A stretch of DNA of 64,000 nucleotides, taken from NCBI GenBank assembly GCA_965248445.1, contig CBDFJG010000004.1, forward strand, positions 448,001 through 512,000, read 5' to 3'. Both the position numbers and the translations under genes were made by a program. Below, piece after piece: positions 1-9,535 of this stretch (within the stretch, counting starts at the first letter, position 1; every line of letters starts with the position of its first letter). The stretch comes from Planctomycetota bacterium (lineage in GTDB: Bacteria; Planctomycetota; JAJSAM01; JAJVHW01). The notes under the pieces are model-generated. The model saw only the letters and a program-made list of their open reading frames with translations, was not told where the DNA came from and ran no database searches.

Positions 1-462
1 ATCGGCGCCGCCCTCGAGCGCTTTCTCGCCCTCGGTGATTCCCCACGATGCGGCGGCCTCGGCCTGCGCGCCGTTCTTCGCCTCGGTAGCGAGGTCGACG
101 AGACGCGTCGTTACGTCCATGGCCTTCTCGGCGGAGCCGACGTCCGTCGGATCGAGGTCGCGCGCGACGGCGAAGTTCATCCGTGCCGCGAGCAGGCCCG
201 CGCGGCGCGCCGGTCCCTGCTGGCGCTTCGCCCACTTGAGCGCCACATCGCCCAGCGCCTGTCGCAGACCGGTGTCGTCGCGGATCTCGGCCGGGGCGGC
301 GTCGAGGAGCGTCTTGGCTTCGCCGAACTTCCCGTCGAAGTAGAGCAGGCGCAACTGCTTCGCGACGTCCTCGTCGGAGCGTGCCGGCGGTGCGACGAAT
401 GTCGCTCCCACCAGGAGCAGGAGGGTCATCAGGACGGCGCGGCTACGGCTGGTTCTGGTCAT
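1..462 (-). CDS. Secreted helical/TPR-like protein, runs off window edge
   Basis: Hand-translated from ATG 462: MTRTSRSRAVLMTLLLLVGATFVAPPARSDEDVAKQLRLLYFDGKF..., signal-peptide-like N-terminus, open to position 1. Confidence 0.6.
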   Translation of the reverse strand, partial: MTRTSRSRAVLMTLLLLVGATFVAPPARSDEDVAKQLRLLYFDGKFGEAKTLLDAAPAEIRDDTGLRQALGDVALKWAKRQQGPARRAGLLAARMNFAVARDLDPTDVGSAEKAMDVTTRLVDLATEAKNGAQAEAAASWGITEGEKALEGGAD

Positions 463-592
463 GTGGGTCTCCCCGGGCGTCTCACCCGACGGGCTCTTCG
501 CGACTCGCGTGCCGCACGATAGACGCTCGTGAGCCGCGTCGGGTTGCCTGGAATCGTCCCCCCCGGAGTGCAGGGGATGTTACGAAGTCCGC

Positions 593-1699
593 ATGGCCGG
601 CCGAGGGAACCTCCTGCTCACCCACGTGATCGCGGCCGCGCTCGGCGCGGGGGCGGCGTGGCTCGCCGCCCCGAGCGGCGGCGACGGCGAGGCACAGCGC
701 ATCCCCCAACTCGAGCGGGACCTGGCGGAGTTGCGGCGCGACGCCGGCGACTGGCGGAGCGTCGCCGAGAGCGAGCGAGAGCGCCGCGAGCTGGCCCAGG
801 GGGAGCTGACGCGGCTTCGAGCGCAGCAGGGCGGGTCCCGAGGCGACGTGCAGGCTCCGGTCCCCGCCGATCCCGAAGGCGCGCGACCGCCGATCGATGC
901 GACGTCGTGGGACATGACCAAGCTGCGGGCCGAGATGCAGCGGCTGGCACTTGCCGGCCGGCGCATGGCGCGGGTGCCGCTGTTCCAGGCCGTTGTCGAG
1001 GCGGCGCGGGCGAACGGCGCTGAAGGCTCGAGTCTGATGGTCGACATCCTCTCGCAGCCGACGATCGACGGCGGCCTCCAGCGGGCGGCCGCGCTCGTCG
1101 TCGAGCACCTCGAGGAGCCGCGAGCCGTTCCCCCGCTTATGGAACGGTGGGGGCGCGCCGTCGAACGTGAGGACCAGCGGATGACGCTCCGCGTTCTCGC
1201 CACGCTTCCCGGACACGAACAGGTACCGCTGCTCCTGTCGGTCTGGGAGGACCGGGGCGCGGACGCGCGCCTGCGGATGATCGCGATCCACGGGCTCGCC
1301 CGGCGCGGGCACGTGACCGGCATCGAGGTCGTGCGCGGTGAGTCACCGATCTCCACGGGGCCGCTGCGTGCCCGCGCGGTCGAGAGCCTGCACTCGTACG
1401 TGCGGGCGCGGGGTTACGAGGACGCCGAGTTGATCGGCGCATTCGGTGCCTCCCTGACCGGCGCCGACGGCGAGGGCCAGCAGCGTCTCTCGTTGCTCGC
1501 GCTCGAGGGCTATTGGAACGCGGGCTGCATCGCGCATCTCACGCAGTTCGGAGAACTGCCGGACAGCCCCGAAGCGCCGTCGAAGGAGCTCCGCGAGCGT
1601 GCGCTTCGCGGTGCGGGTGCGATCCAGAGGAAGGACCCGCGGCCGCCGGACGCCGGCCTCGCGCGGGGACCGACGTCGCGGGGCGTTCGTCAGGAGTGA
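593..1699 (+). CDS. Membrane-anchored coiled-coil/HEAT-repeat-like protein
   Basis: N-terminal hydrophobic helix, coiled coil, PRAVPPL/LRMIAIHGL HEAT-like motifs; stop overlaps next start. Confidence 0.6.
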   Translation: MAGRGNLLLTHVIAAALGAGAAWLAAPSGGDGEAQRIPQLERDLAELRRDAGDWRSVAESERERRELAQGELTRLRAQQGGSRGDVQAPVPADPEGARPPIDATSWDMTKLRAEMQRLALAGRRMARVPLFQAVVEAARANGAEGSSLMVDILSQPTIDGGLQRAAALVVEHLEEPRAVPPLMERWGRAVEREDQRMTLRVLATLPGHEQVPLLLSVWEDRGADARLRMIAIHGLARRGHVTGIEVVRGESPISTGPLRARAVESLHSYVRARGYEDAELIGAFGASLTGADGEGQQRLSLLALEGYWNAGCIAHLTQFGELPDSPEAPSKELRERALRGAGAIQRKDPRPPDAGLARGPTSRGVRQE

Positions 1700-2520
1700 G
1701 TGGCGCAGCGCGTTCGCCCGGCGGATTTCTCGGATGCCGCTTCCCGGTGATCGGCGTCGTGCACCTGCTCGCGCTGCCGGGTGCACCGGACTACGCGGGG
1801 AGCATGCGGAAGATCGAACGCCGCGCACGCGACGATGCGGCTGCGCTCGCGTCCGCGGGCTGCGACGCTCTGATCGTCGAGAACCACGGAGACCAACCGT
1901 TCGAGAAGGACAGCGTGTCGCCTGCGACGGTCGCCGCGCTGACGACGGCTGCGCTTGTCGTGCGCGACGCGGCGGCGGGACTCCCGATCGGCGTCAACTG
2001 CTTGCGCAACGACACCCTCTCTGCGCTCTCGGTCGCGGCGGCGGTCGGGGCGCGGTTCGTGCGGGTCAACGTCCTGACCGGTGCGATGGTGACGGACCAG
2101 GGCGTCATCGAGGGACGTGCCGCCGAGGTGCTCCGGTTGCGTGCCGTGCTGGCGCCCGGAGTTCAGATTGCGGCGGACGTGCTCGTGAAACACGCGGCGC
2201 CGCTCGTCGAACGCGACCCGAGGGAGGTCGCCGCTGAGACGGTCGGTCGCGGAGGTGCCGATGCGTTGATCGTGACCGGCGCTGGCACGGGCGCAGCGGT
2301 GGACCTGGACGTCGCCGCGCGCATTCGAAGCGGCGCCGGAGGGCATCCGGTGTTGGCGGGCAGCGGCGCGACGGCGCGCGCGGCCCATTCGCTGACCGCG
2401 CACTTCGACGGCGTCATCGTCGGCACGTCGATCAAGCGAGGCGGGAAGACCTCGGCGGCCGTCAGCGCGGCGCGCGCCGAGACGTTCGTCGCCGCCGTGG
2501 ACGAGGCACTCGGCCGTTGA
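1696..2520 (+). CDS. BtpA/SgcQ family TIM-barrel protein
   Basis: IGVVHLLALPGAP, IVENHGDQPF, GVNCLRND, ADVLVKHA, IVTGAGTG motifs; GTG 1696 overlaps upstream TGA. Confidence 0.9.
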   Translation: MSGAARSPGGFLGCRFPVIGVVHLLALPGAPDYAGSMRKIERRARDDAAALASAGCDALIVENHGDQPFEKDSVSPATVAALTTAALVVRDAAAGLPIGVNCLRNDTLSALSVAAAVGARFVRVNVLTGAMVTDQGVIEGRAAEVLRLRAVLAPGVQIAADVLVKHAAPLVERDPREVAAETVGRGGADALIVTGAGTGAAVDLDVAARIRSGAGGHPVLAGSGATARAAHSLTAHFDGVIVGTSIKRGGKTSAAVSAARAETFVAAVDEALGR

Positions 2521-3224
2521 CCGCCGCGGAGTCGCTCCAGTCGGTCCGCGGGGTGCTGTTCGACGCCGGCAACGTCCTCCTGTGGCTCGATCACCCGCGG
2601 ATGACCGAGATCGTCAACGATCTGGGCATCACACGATCACTCGATGACGTGGCAGCAGCCGAGATGCGTGCCCGTCCGAAGCTGGACCCGCTGATCGGCC
2701 GCGCGCCGAAGCGCGAGAGTCCGCACGTCCACCGTCGCTACGTCGAGTTGATCGTCGAGGGCCTGGGTGTGACGGCGGCAGACGCAGACCGCGTGTTCGC
2801 GGCGCTCGATACCGCTTGGAACGAACTCTGGGTGCGACCGCCGGACGACGCGCACAGTGTCCTGCGCGCGCTCGCGGCCCGTGGTTACCGCCTCGGGTGT
2901 GTGAGCAACAGCGACGGCCAGGTCTCGCGCCGTCTGGCAGACGCCGGCCTGCTGCACTTGCTCGAGACCGTGACGGACTCCGGCGACGTCGGCTTCGAGA
3001 AGCCGGACCCGCGCATCTTCGCGTTGGGCGTGGCGAGTCTCGGCCTGGCCGTGGACCGGATCGCGTACGTGGGCGACCTCTTCAGCGTCGATATCGTCGG
3101 CGCTCGCGGCGCCGGGCTTGTGCCGGTGTTGATGGACCCGCTCTCGGTCTGGGACGCGGACTGTGTGCGCGTGCGCAGCCTGTCGCACCTGCTCGAGATG
3201 CTGCCCGGCGCCCCCACGTGCTAG
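2517..3224 (+). CDS. HAD-superfamily hydrolase
   Basis: FDAGNVL motif I, VSNSDG, EKPDPRIF, YVGD...DIVGA. Confidence 0.9.
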   Translation: MTAAESLQSVRGVLFDAGNVLLWLDHPRMTEIVNDLGITRSLDDVAAAEMRARPKLDPLIGRAPKRESPHVHRRYVELIVEGLGVTAADADRVFAALDTAWNELWVRPPDDAHSVLRALAARGYRLGCVSNSDGQVSRRLADAGLLHLLETVTDSGDVGFEKPDPRIFALGVASLGLAVDRIAYVGDLFSVDIVGARGAGLVPVLMDPLSVWDADCVRVRSLSHLLEMLPGAPTC

Positions 3225-3317
3225 CTCTGCTCGCGCGCGCGACCCCACCCCCCACGGACCCGCCCACCCCTGGAGGGGATGAGGACGCGGCTCACCGCGT
3301 CTTCGTTACATCGTGCG

Positions 3318-4328
3318 CTACTCCTTCGAGTACATCGCGAGCAGCTTGCGGACCGCGTCCTGGTCCGGCTTCAGCTCGAGCGAACGTCGCAGCGACTTCA
3401 GGGCGCGGTCCCGCACGGACGATTCTCGTCCGTCGATGGGCTGCGACTCGTAGAGGGTGATCAGTGCGGCTCCGAGGCGGGCATGCAGTGTCGGCTCCCG
3501 CGGCGCGACCGCGACCAGGAGCTCCAGCGCGTCGACGTGTGCGACGACCTCGCCGCGGCGGCGCGACAGGTCGGCGACGCGCGTTGCCAGGCGGCCGACA
3601 TCTGCCCGCACCGCGCGCACGTTCCCGCCGTGCTCGAGGGCACGGCGTAGCGCGGACGCCGCGCCTTCCACATCCTCGCCGGCGAGCGCGATCGTCGCGG
3701 TCAGGAGGTGAGCGCTTGGGTTCTTGGGGTGCTCGATCAGGATGCGATCGAGCATGGCGCGCCCCTCGTCGACCTTCGCCGATAAGACGAGCACCGATGC
3801 CAGGGCGACACGCGCGTCGGCGTCGTCACCCTTGATGCGCACCACGCGGCGCAACTCCGCCTCGGCGTCGTCGAGGCGGCCGAGCCGCAGAAGAGCCTGC
3901 CCCCGGTGCCGACGCGCGAGCAGGAACGAACCGTCGACCGCGAGTGCGCGATCGAACGAGGCAAGCGCGTCCTCGTGCCGCCCGCCTGCGGTCTGCACCG
4001 CGCCCAGCGCGTTCCAGCCCCGCGCGAACTTGGGGTCGACGGCGACGGATTCACGGTAGCGCTTCTCCGCCTCGTCGAGTTGGCCGGCCTGCGTGAGCGC
4101 GTTTCCCGCGGCATAGTGCGCGAGATAGAACAGCGGCGCGCGCTTGGCCGCATCGTCGAACGCTCCGGCTGCCTCGGCGTACTTGCGCGCTTCGAGCAGC
4201 GCCTCGCCGCGCCGGTACGACGCGACGGCCGCGTCGTTCGGCGCGCCGGGCAGCGGCGGCTTCTCCTGCCCGAACGCAATCGCGGCGAGGACGAAGAAGA
4301 GCGCAGCGGCGGGAAGAGACAGACGCAC
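3318..4328 (-). CDS. Secreted TPR-repeat protein
   Basis: Likely GTG 4328 start with signal peptide, multiple TPR repeats. Confidence 0.8.
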   Translation of the reverse strand: MRLSLPAAALFFVLAAIAFGQEKPPLPGAPNDAAVASYRRGEALLEARKYAEAAGAFDDAAKRAPLFYLAHYAAGNALTQAGQLDEAEKRYRESVAVDPKFARGWNALGAVQTAGGRHEDALASFDRALAVDGSFLLARRHRGQALLRLGRLDDAEAELRRVVRIKGDDADARVALASVLVLSAKVDEGRAMLDRILIEHPKNPSAHLLTATIALAGEDVEGAASALRRALEHGGNVRAVRADVGRLATRVADLSRRRGEVVAHVDALELLVAVAPREPTLHARLGAALITLYESQPIDGRESSVRDRALKSLRRSLELKPDQDAVRKLLAMYSKE

Positions 4329-4537
4329 GATCCCTAGAGCGTACGGCGTCGTGCAGTAAGCGTTGCCACGCGATCCACTCGATGCAGCTGCGCCGGCGGG
4401 CGCGAAGCGTCCCGCGCCGGAAGCGAGACCACATCGCGAGTTGCGAATCGCGTAGGGCGCGGAGGAAGGGAGACGTGCGCGCAAGGTGTGGCGCGTGGAT
4501 CGCTCCGCGATGCGCGTGACTCAGCGCGGCGCGCCCA

Positions 4538-5521
4538 CTACTGCGGTTCGCAGCGGTCGCAGAAGAAGTAGCCACGCACGCCGTTGGCGCGTTCGCCGTC
4601 GGGCCACATCCGCAGAGTCAGCTGGGCGCCGCAGGTCGCACAGAGGAAGTCGGTGCGCAGCCCCATGGCCTCGGCAAGGTAGGGCGCCTGGCCGACGAGA
4701 TGATTGAGCAGCGTGTCATAGCTGAACACCTGCTGCATCGGAGCCTGCGGTGCACGCGGGGGTGCGTTGGGCGCCGCGCCGTGACCTGTCGGCACCGGAG
4801 GAGGCCCGCTGTCGGTGGGGAGTGGTCCGGTGCCTTGGTGCGTCCCGAACTGACCCGCGCCGCCGAGTTGCGTGCGGCCGATAGGGCGTGGGGGCGCCCC
4901 TCTGCGCACCGGGACGGCTCCGGTGGTCTCCGAGCTCTGCGGGCCCGGCGAGAACTGCTTCGCGCGGTGGAACCCCTCGGGCAATGAGCCGGCGTCGCCG
5001 TGCTGCGAGGCGCCCAAGGGGTGCGGGGTGTTGGCGGCGCGCTGTCCACCGCGGAAGCGCCTCGCCATGGCGTCGACGTCGGCCGGTACCGAGCGGGCCG
5101 GACCGACGACCGCTTGCGGTTGCGCGCCTGGCGTCGCACCGCCGAGAAGATTGACGATCTCGTACGCGATCTGGTCGGGGGACTGCTGATCGCGCCGGAA
5201 GACGCCCTGCGCACCGACGCGCAACGCGGAGTTGAGGATCTCTGATTCGCCGTGTGCGGCGAGCAAGTGCACGGGGGTGTTGGCGGTGTGGGGGTCGAGC
5301 CGGAGCAGGCGTAGAACCTCGGCGCCGTCGCGGTCCCGCAACTGCATGCCGAGCACGACGAGGTCGTACGCGCGCATCTGGACCGCGCGGACGGCGTCGT
5401 AGCCGTCGCTCGCCAGCTTGGCCTGGACGCCCGCCGAGCCGAGATGCGCGGCCACCTGCGCGGCAAACTGAGCGTCGCCGTCGACGATGAGGACCGATCG
5501 GTGCGGACGGTTACCACTCAC
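4538..5521 (-). CDS. Atypical response-regulator receiver domain + Pro/Gly-rich linker + C-terminal Cys4 zinc-ribbon-like domain
   Basis: VLIVDGD...YDLVVLGMQL receiver fold; CATC...CDRC at C-terminus; start assigned to GTG 5521. Confidence 0.7.
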   Translation of the reverse strand: MSGNRPHRSVLIVDGDAQFAAQVAAHLGSAGVQAKLASDGYDAVRAVQMRAYDLVVLGMQLRDRDGAEVLRLLRLDPHTANTPVHLLAAHGESEILNSALRVGAQGVFRRDQQSPDQIAYEIVNLLGGATPGAQPQAVVGPARSVPADVDAMARRFRGGQRAANTPHPLGASQHGDAGSLPEGFHRAKQFSPGPQSSETTGAVPVRRGAPPRPIGRTQLGGAGQFGTHQGTGPLPTDSGPPPVPTGHGAAPNAPPRAPQAPMQQVFSYDTLLNHLVGQAPYLAEAMGLRTDFLCATCGAQLTLRMWPDGERANGVRGYFFCDRCEPQ

Positions 5522-5857
5522 GCGCACACCCCCATGCGCGCGAGTCTCGAACTCGTCTGGCCGGCCGCAGCCTGCACGGCATCCTCTTCTCTGGTCTTGC
5601 TCTCGGTCCGGCGCCCCCGCGCCATGACTCGTATCGAGAATCGGCCAGTCGGAGCCTCGAAGTTGAGGGGAATCCCGTCTCAGGCTCAGCCTCCCACCAG
5701 GCTCGGCCTCGGCGGCCCGCCCGGCGGCCCCCTCGCCGCAGCCTGGCTCCATGCCCTACAGAGTGGGAACATGCCGCGGCTCCCGGCTGTCTGAGGGAGC
5801 GGAGCCCGCCGTCTGCGATCTCCCCTCCCCGAACCCCCTGCGAAGCAGAGGAGAACC

Positions 5858-7060
5858 ATGAACCTTCACATCGCGAGCACCGCCCTGGCCCTGATCCTCG
5901 GCGCCGTCCCGCTCACGAACGCGTTGGCCGACGAGCCCGTACCGCCCGCCGGTGACGACGCCGCCGCGGCGACGGACACCGAGTTGAAGCCTGCCCTGAA
6001 GCCCATCGAGTGGATCGAAGGCTGGGAAGCAGGACAGGCCGCAGCGGCCGAGAGCGGCAAGCTCATGCTGGTCTACGTCCACCGCAGGTCACCGCCGTGA
6101 CCCCCTTGCATCGCGCTCGAGAACAGTGTGTTCTCGAAAGATGAGAGCGGGGCGATCAGCGACCGTTACGTGGCCGTCCGCCTGACCGGCGGCAGAGACA
6201 TCACTTCCGCAGTTCGCGAGTTCATGACCAAGTACGGCATCGGTGGTTACCCCTCGATCATGGTGATGAACTCCGAGGGTCACGTGGTGAACAACCGCGT
6301 CGACCGCTCGACCGACGGCATCCTCGGCGCGCTCGAGAAGGGCGCTGAACTCGAGACCGAGTTCGCTGCGCTCAAGGGCAAGGAAGACGTCGAGAGCCGC
6401 ACGAAGCTTGCCGGCATGCTGGCGGACCGCAAGCTGTTCGACGAAGCGAGCGCCGCTTTCGACAAGCTGCTCGAACAGGCGCCGTCCGTCGGCGTCCACA
6501 CCGGCATCTTGAAGCTGCACCAGGCCCAGGGCAACTCGGCAGACGAGGAACTCCTCCTCAACGAGATGCTCGAGCTCTACCCGAAGGCCGATGACCGCAT
6601 CTCGTGGCGTGTGCGTCTGGCGACCAAGCCCGCACGTACGCTCAGGCGCTCCACGCCGCCGGAGGAGGGCAAGGCCCTCATGGGCAGCGCCGTCGCGAAC
6701 CTCCAGGAGATCCTGGACGACCTGACGGGTACCGAGGAAGCGCCCGCTGGCGAGAAGGCACCGGTCGAGCACGTGGCCGAGGTCCGCCAGAGCATGATCG
6801 GCCTGCTCACGCGGCTGCAGCGCCGCGACGAGGTCGAGGAGCACATCGATTGGCTGCTCGACGCGGGCAAGGCGACGAAGTTCGCGCCGAGCGCACTGCT
6901 CGCTCGCGCGAACCTCGCGTATAGAGACAAGGACTACGACGCCGCGATCGAAGCGCTCAACCAGGTCCTCGAGGACTACCCAGACAGCGACGAGGCGAAG
7001 AGCGCCCCGTCCTGGATCGAGAACGTCCAGAAGAAGAAGGCCGCCGACTCCGGCGACTGA
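5858..7060 (+). CDS. Exported thioredoxin-like + TPR protein, predicted selenoprotein (Sec at TGA 6098-6100, UPPC motif), 400 aa
   Basis: ORFs 5858-6100 and 6128-7060 are in frame; read-through gives KLMLVYVHRRSPP-U-PPC-IALENSVF, cis-Pro loop GYPSIMV; downstream hairpin; RBS GAGGAG before ATG. Confidence 0.85.
6109..6143 (+). promoter_or_regulatory. Putative bacterial SECIS element
   Basis: TCGAGAACA(6117-6125)/GTG loop/TGTTCTCGA(6129-6137) perfect 9-bp stem plus lower CATC/GATG stem; apical G 26 nt after UGA. Confidence 0.75.
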
Positions 7061-7081
7061 TCGCCTCTTCGACACCATTCA

Positions 7082-7110
7082 CGGGCCCCGGCGCACTCCG
7101 CCGGGGCCCG
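7082..7110 (+). terminator. GC-rich hairpin, probable intrinsic terminator
   Basis: CGGGCCCCGGCG-CACTC-CGCCGGGGCCCG 12-bp stem 21 nt after stop; weak U tract. Confidence 0.6.
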
Positions 7111-7186
7111 CTCTCGTTGCGGCCGGGATACGCTTGCCGCCGTTCCGCCGAAGGTCTCGGCGGACACGGCTCTGCCGGAGGAGACC

Positions 7187-8635
7187 GTGCGCGAGGGTCC
7201 GGCGTCCGATCTCACGGGCGTGTCCGAGTTCTTCGATCACGTGGTTCGGTCGCTGGTCCACAGGCGCCCCGAGGGCCGATTTCAGTCGGCAATGGCCCTT
7301 GCCGACGCGCTGTTCAAGGGCGAGTCGTCAGACTGGTGGCAACGGAGGAACTGCCCAGCCGCTGCTGCCGCGGACGCTCGGGCAGCGCCTACGAGCACGC
7401 AGCCACGCACGTCCTTCACGAAGACGGGTCTTCTGATGTTTCACGCGGATGCCCTCCGCGGTCGCGATCGGATGATCGATGCGCTCAGAGTGCTCGATGA
7501 CGCGGCGCGGGCGCAGCCACGGGATCCCGCAATCCGAAACGCGATCGGGCTGTGGTTCCGGGACGCTGGGGACCCAAAGCGCGCCAGAGCCGAACTGCTC
7601 GCCGCCATAGAACTGGCACCGCCTGACCCTCATGGACGTGAGCTTGAGTCGATGGCGAGGTCCAACCTCGGACTCGTTTACATGGACACGGGCCAACTGC
7701 CAGAGGCCCGCGAGCAGTTGCGGCTCCGTCTGGAGTACCTGGATCGCCACCCGGATCCACGCGCGCGAGCCGCGGTTCTGAACAGTCTTGGAAGCGTGTA
7801 TTTTCGGGAACAGCGGTACGCGCAAGCGCGCGAACACTATCAGCTAGCGTGGAGGAGCGCGCGCGCCTGCGGGTATGAGCGTGTCGCGATCGTGAGCCTA
7901 TCGAACCTGGGTAACGTCGCCTATGCGCTGGGCAACTACAACGACGCAGAGCGCCTCTATCGGACGAGCCGAAAGCTCGCTTCCCGGGCCGATGATGTGG
8001 GAGCAGTCGCGTCTGCCCGAGCGAACGAGGCGGGCGTGCTCGTGGCACTTGGGCGCCTTGCGGATGCTCAGCGACTGTATGCGACTTGCCTCGAAGTCGC
8101 CCGCGGGCGAAGTGCCATACGGGACGTCGTACTCGCTCATCTGAACCTCGGAGCGGTGTTCACCTTGCTTGCCCAAGACGTCGCCGCCGAGGCGTCGCTG
8201 TTGGACGCAGTGGAGATGGCGCGTGATCGGGGTCTCGGGGACTTGGAGCCGTTGGCACGTCTCGGCCTTGGCGAATACTTCGCGAGCCGGGGGGACGACT
8301 CCAAAGCGATGGAGTGCTTCTGCCGGGCACTGCTGGCGCTGGGACCGGAGCGTCGTGCTCAATTGGCGCAGGCCCACCTCGGAATCGGACTCGTTGAGGC
8401 TCGCAACGACGACGCGCCTGATGCTCGGCGCGAGTTGTCGCTCGCTCGGGACCTGGCTTTGGAGGCGGGCGGCACGGGCGTTCGCGGTCTGTTCTCGGGC
8501 GCGCGGGCCTCGCGGCTGCTGGCCGAGCGCATCGCCGAAGGCGCAGGTGTCACCGCCCATCGAGCGCCGGTCCTGGGCGTTCTGAGGCGGCCGAACTCGA
8601 GCCCAGGGGGTGGGCGACGTTTGGGCCCACCCTGA
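7187..8635 (+). pseudogene. TPR-repeat protein beginning with a remnant of a Ser/Thr kinase C-terminus
   Basis: VSEFFDHVVRSLVHRRPEGRFQSAMALADAL resembles kinase subdomain XI; MalT-type TPRs follow (SNLGLVY, NSLGSVY, SNLGNVAY); codon usage visibly less GC3-biased. Confidence 0.55.
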
Positions 8636-8759
8636 GGCGCCGTCCTAAGTCGTTTGCCTGCCTCACGGAATGGCGCGATCGGCGGACACCCTTGCGCCCA
8701 CTCTCGGGGCTCGCGGCTGGCAGGCTCCGGCTGCGCGCGTGTTACATTGTGACACGGCC

Positions 8760-8777
8760 GGCGGCGTAGCTCAGTCG
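8760..8777 (+). tRNA. 5' fragment (nt 1-18) of a tRNA gene, Met-like, interrupted in the D-loop
   Basis: GGCGGCG-TA-GCTC-AGTCG matches acceptor 5' strand, U8 A9, D-stem, A14 G15 G18; preceded by TACATT -10-like box; the rest of the cloverleaf is absent. Confidence 0.55.
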
Positions 8778-8890
8778 AGGGGGTACGTCGTGTTGGAGCG
8801 GACGACCCCCACCCGGGGGGACCCATCTCGCGCAGGCTGTGCCGGCTGAACCGAAACGGAGATCCGAAAAATCGAAAACCGAGGATCGCG

Positions 8891-9535
8891 ATGCCGGTGA
8901 GCAAGCCGGGCGGCCGGTGGGAGTGGACCCGTGGCGAGGACGAGATTGTCCAGGCGCTGCGGGTTGCGGGCGTGTCTGCGGACCGTACAGCGGATGCGAT
9001 TGGGTGCGAGCCGCGGTCACTGATTGCGCGGTACGGGGACGTGTTCGGTGCGCCGCGGACGGAGACGCACGAGCGGGCATTCACGGAGAACGAGGTGAAG
9101 ACGGCGGTCGAGATGAAGGCGCACGGGATCGCGGAGCGTCACATCGCGAAGGTGCTGGAGACGTCGATCACGACGTTGCGGAAGCACCTCGGGGACAAGC
9201 TGGCGGTGGCGGAGGCGAACTTGGTGCACGAGGTCGCGCGCGCGCTGGCCGTGAAGGCGAAGAAGGGCGACACGAAGGCGATGATGTTCTTCCTGGAGAA
9301 GCGCGGCGGTGCTGCGTGGCGGGACCGTACGCACGTGGTGCACGAGGGCGTCGGTGTGCTGGTGCCGCCCGGGATGCTGACGGCGGACGCGTGGATTGCG
9401 TCGCACAGCCCGACGGCGCTCGAGGGCGGCGGTGCACGGCCGATTCTCGACGTGGAGCCGGACGCTGTCCGCGACGGGGAGGATGCGCCAGAGGAGGTGG
9501 CGCGCCTCCCCCGCCGGGAAGTCGACGCTGCGTGA
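8891..9535 (+). CDS. terS: Terminase small subunit (HTH)
   Basis: HTH IAKVLETSITTLRKH, GDTKAMMFFLEKRGG..W motif, directly upstream of and overlapping TerL. Confidence 0.75.
   Translation: MPVSKPGGRWEWTRGEDEIVQALRVAGVSADRTADAIGCEPRSLIARYGDVFGAPRTETHERAFTENEVKTAVEMKAHGIAERHIAKVLETSITTLRKHLGDKLAVAEANLVHEVARALAVKAKKGDTKAMMFFLEKRGGAAWRDRTHVVHEGVGVLVPPGMLTADAWIASHSPTALEGGGARPILDVEPDAVRDGEDAPEEVARLPRREVDAA

Noticed and set aside
7058..7186. The selenoprotein's terminal TGA is also in frame with the downstream TPR ORF and followed by a hairpin
   Set aside because: The intervening peptide is not protein-like, there is no redox motif, and the hairpin looks like a terminator; likely coincidence
8760..8840. 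Complete tRNA gene
   Set aside because: No D-stem 3' strand, anticodon arm, TTC loop or matching acceptor strand after nt 18
8839..9531. Long N-terminal extension of TerL in the ORF track
   Set aside because: Shadow frame over terS; the real start is GTG 9532 overlapping the terS stop
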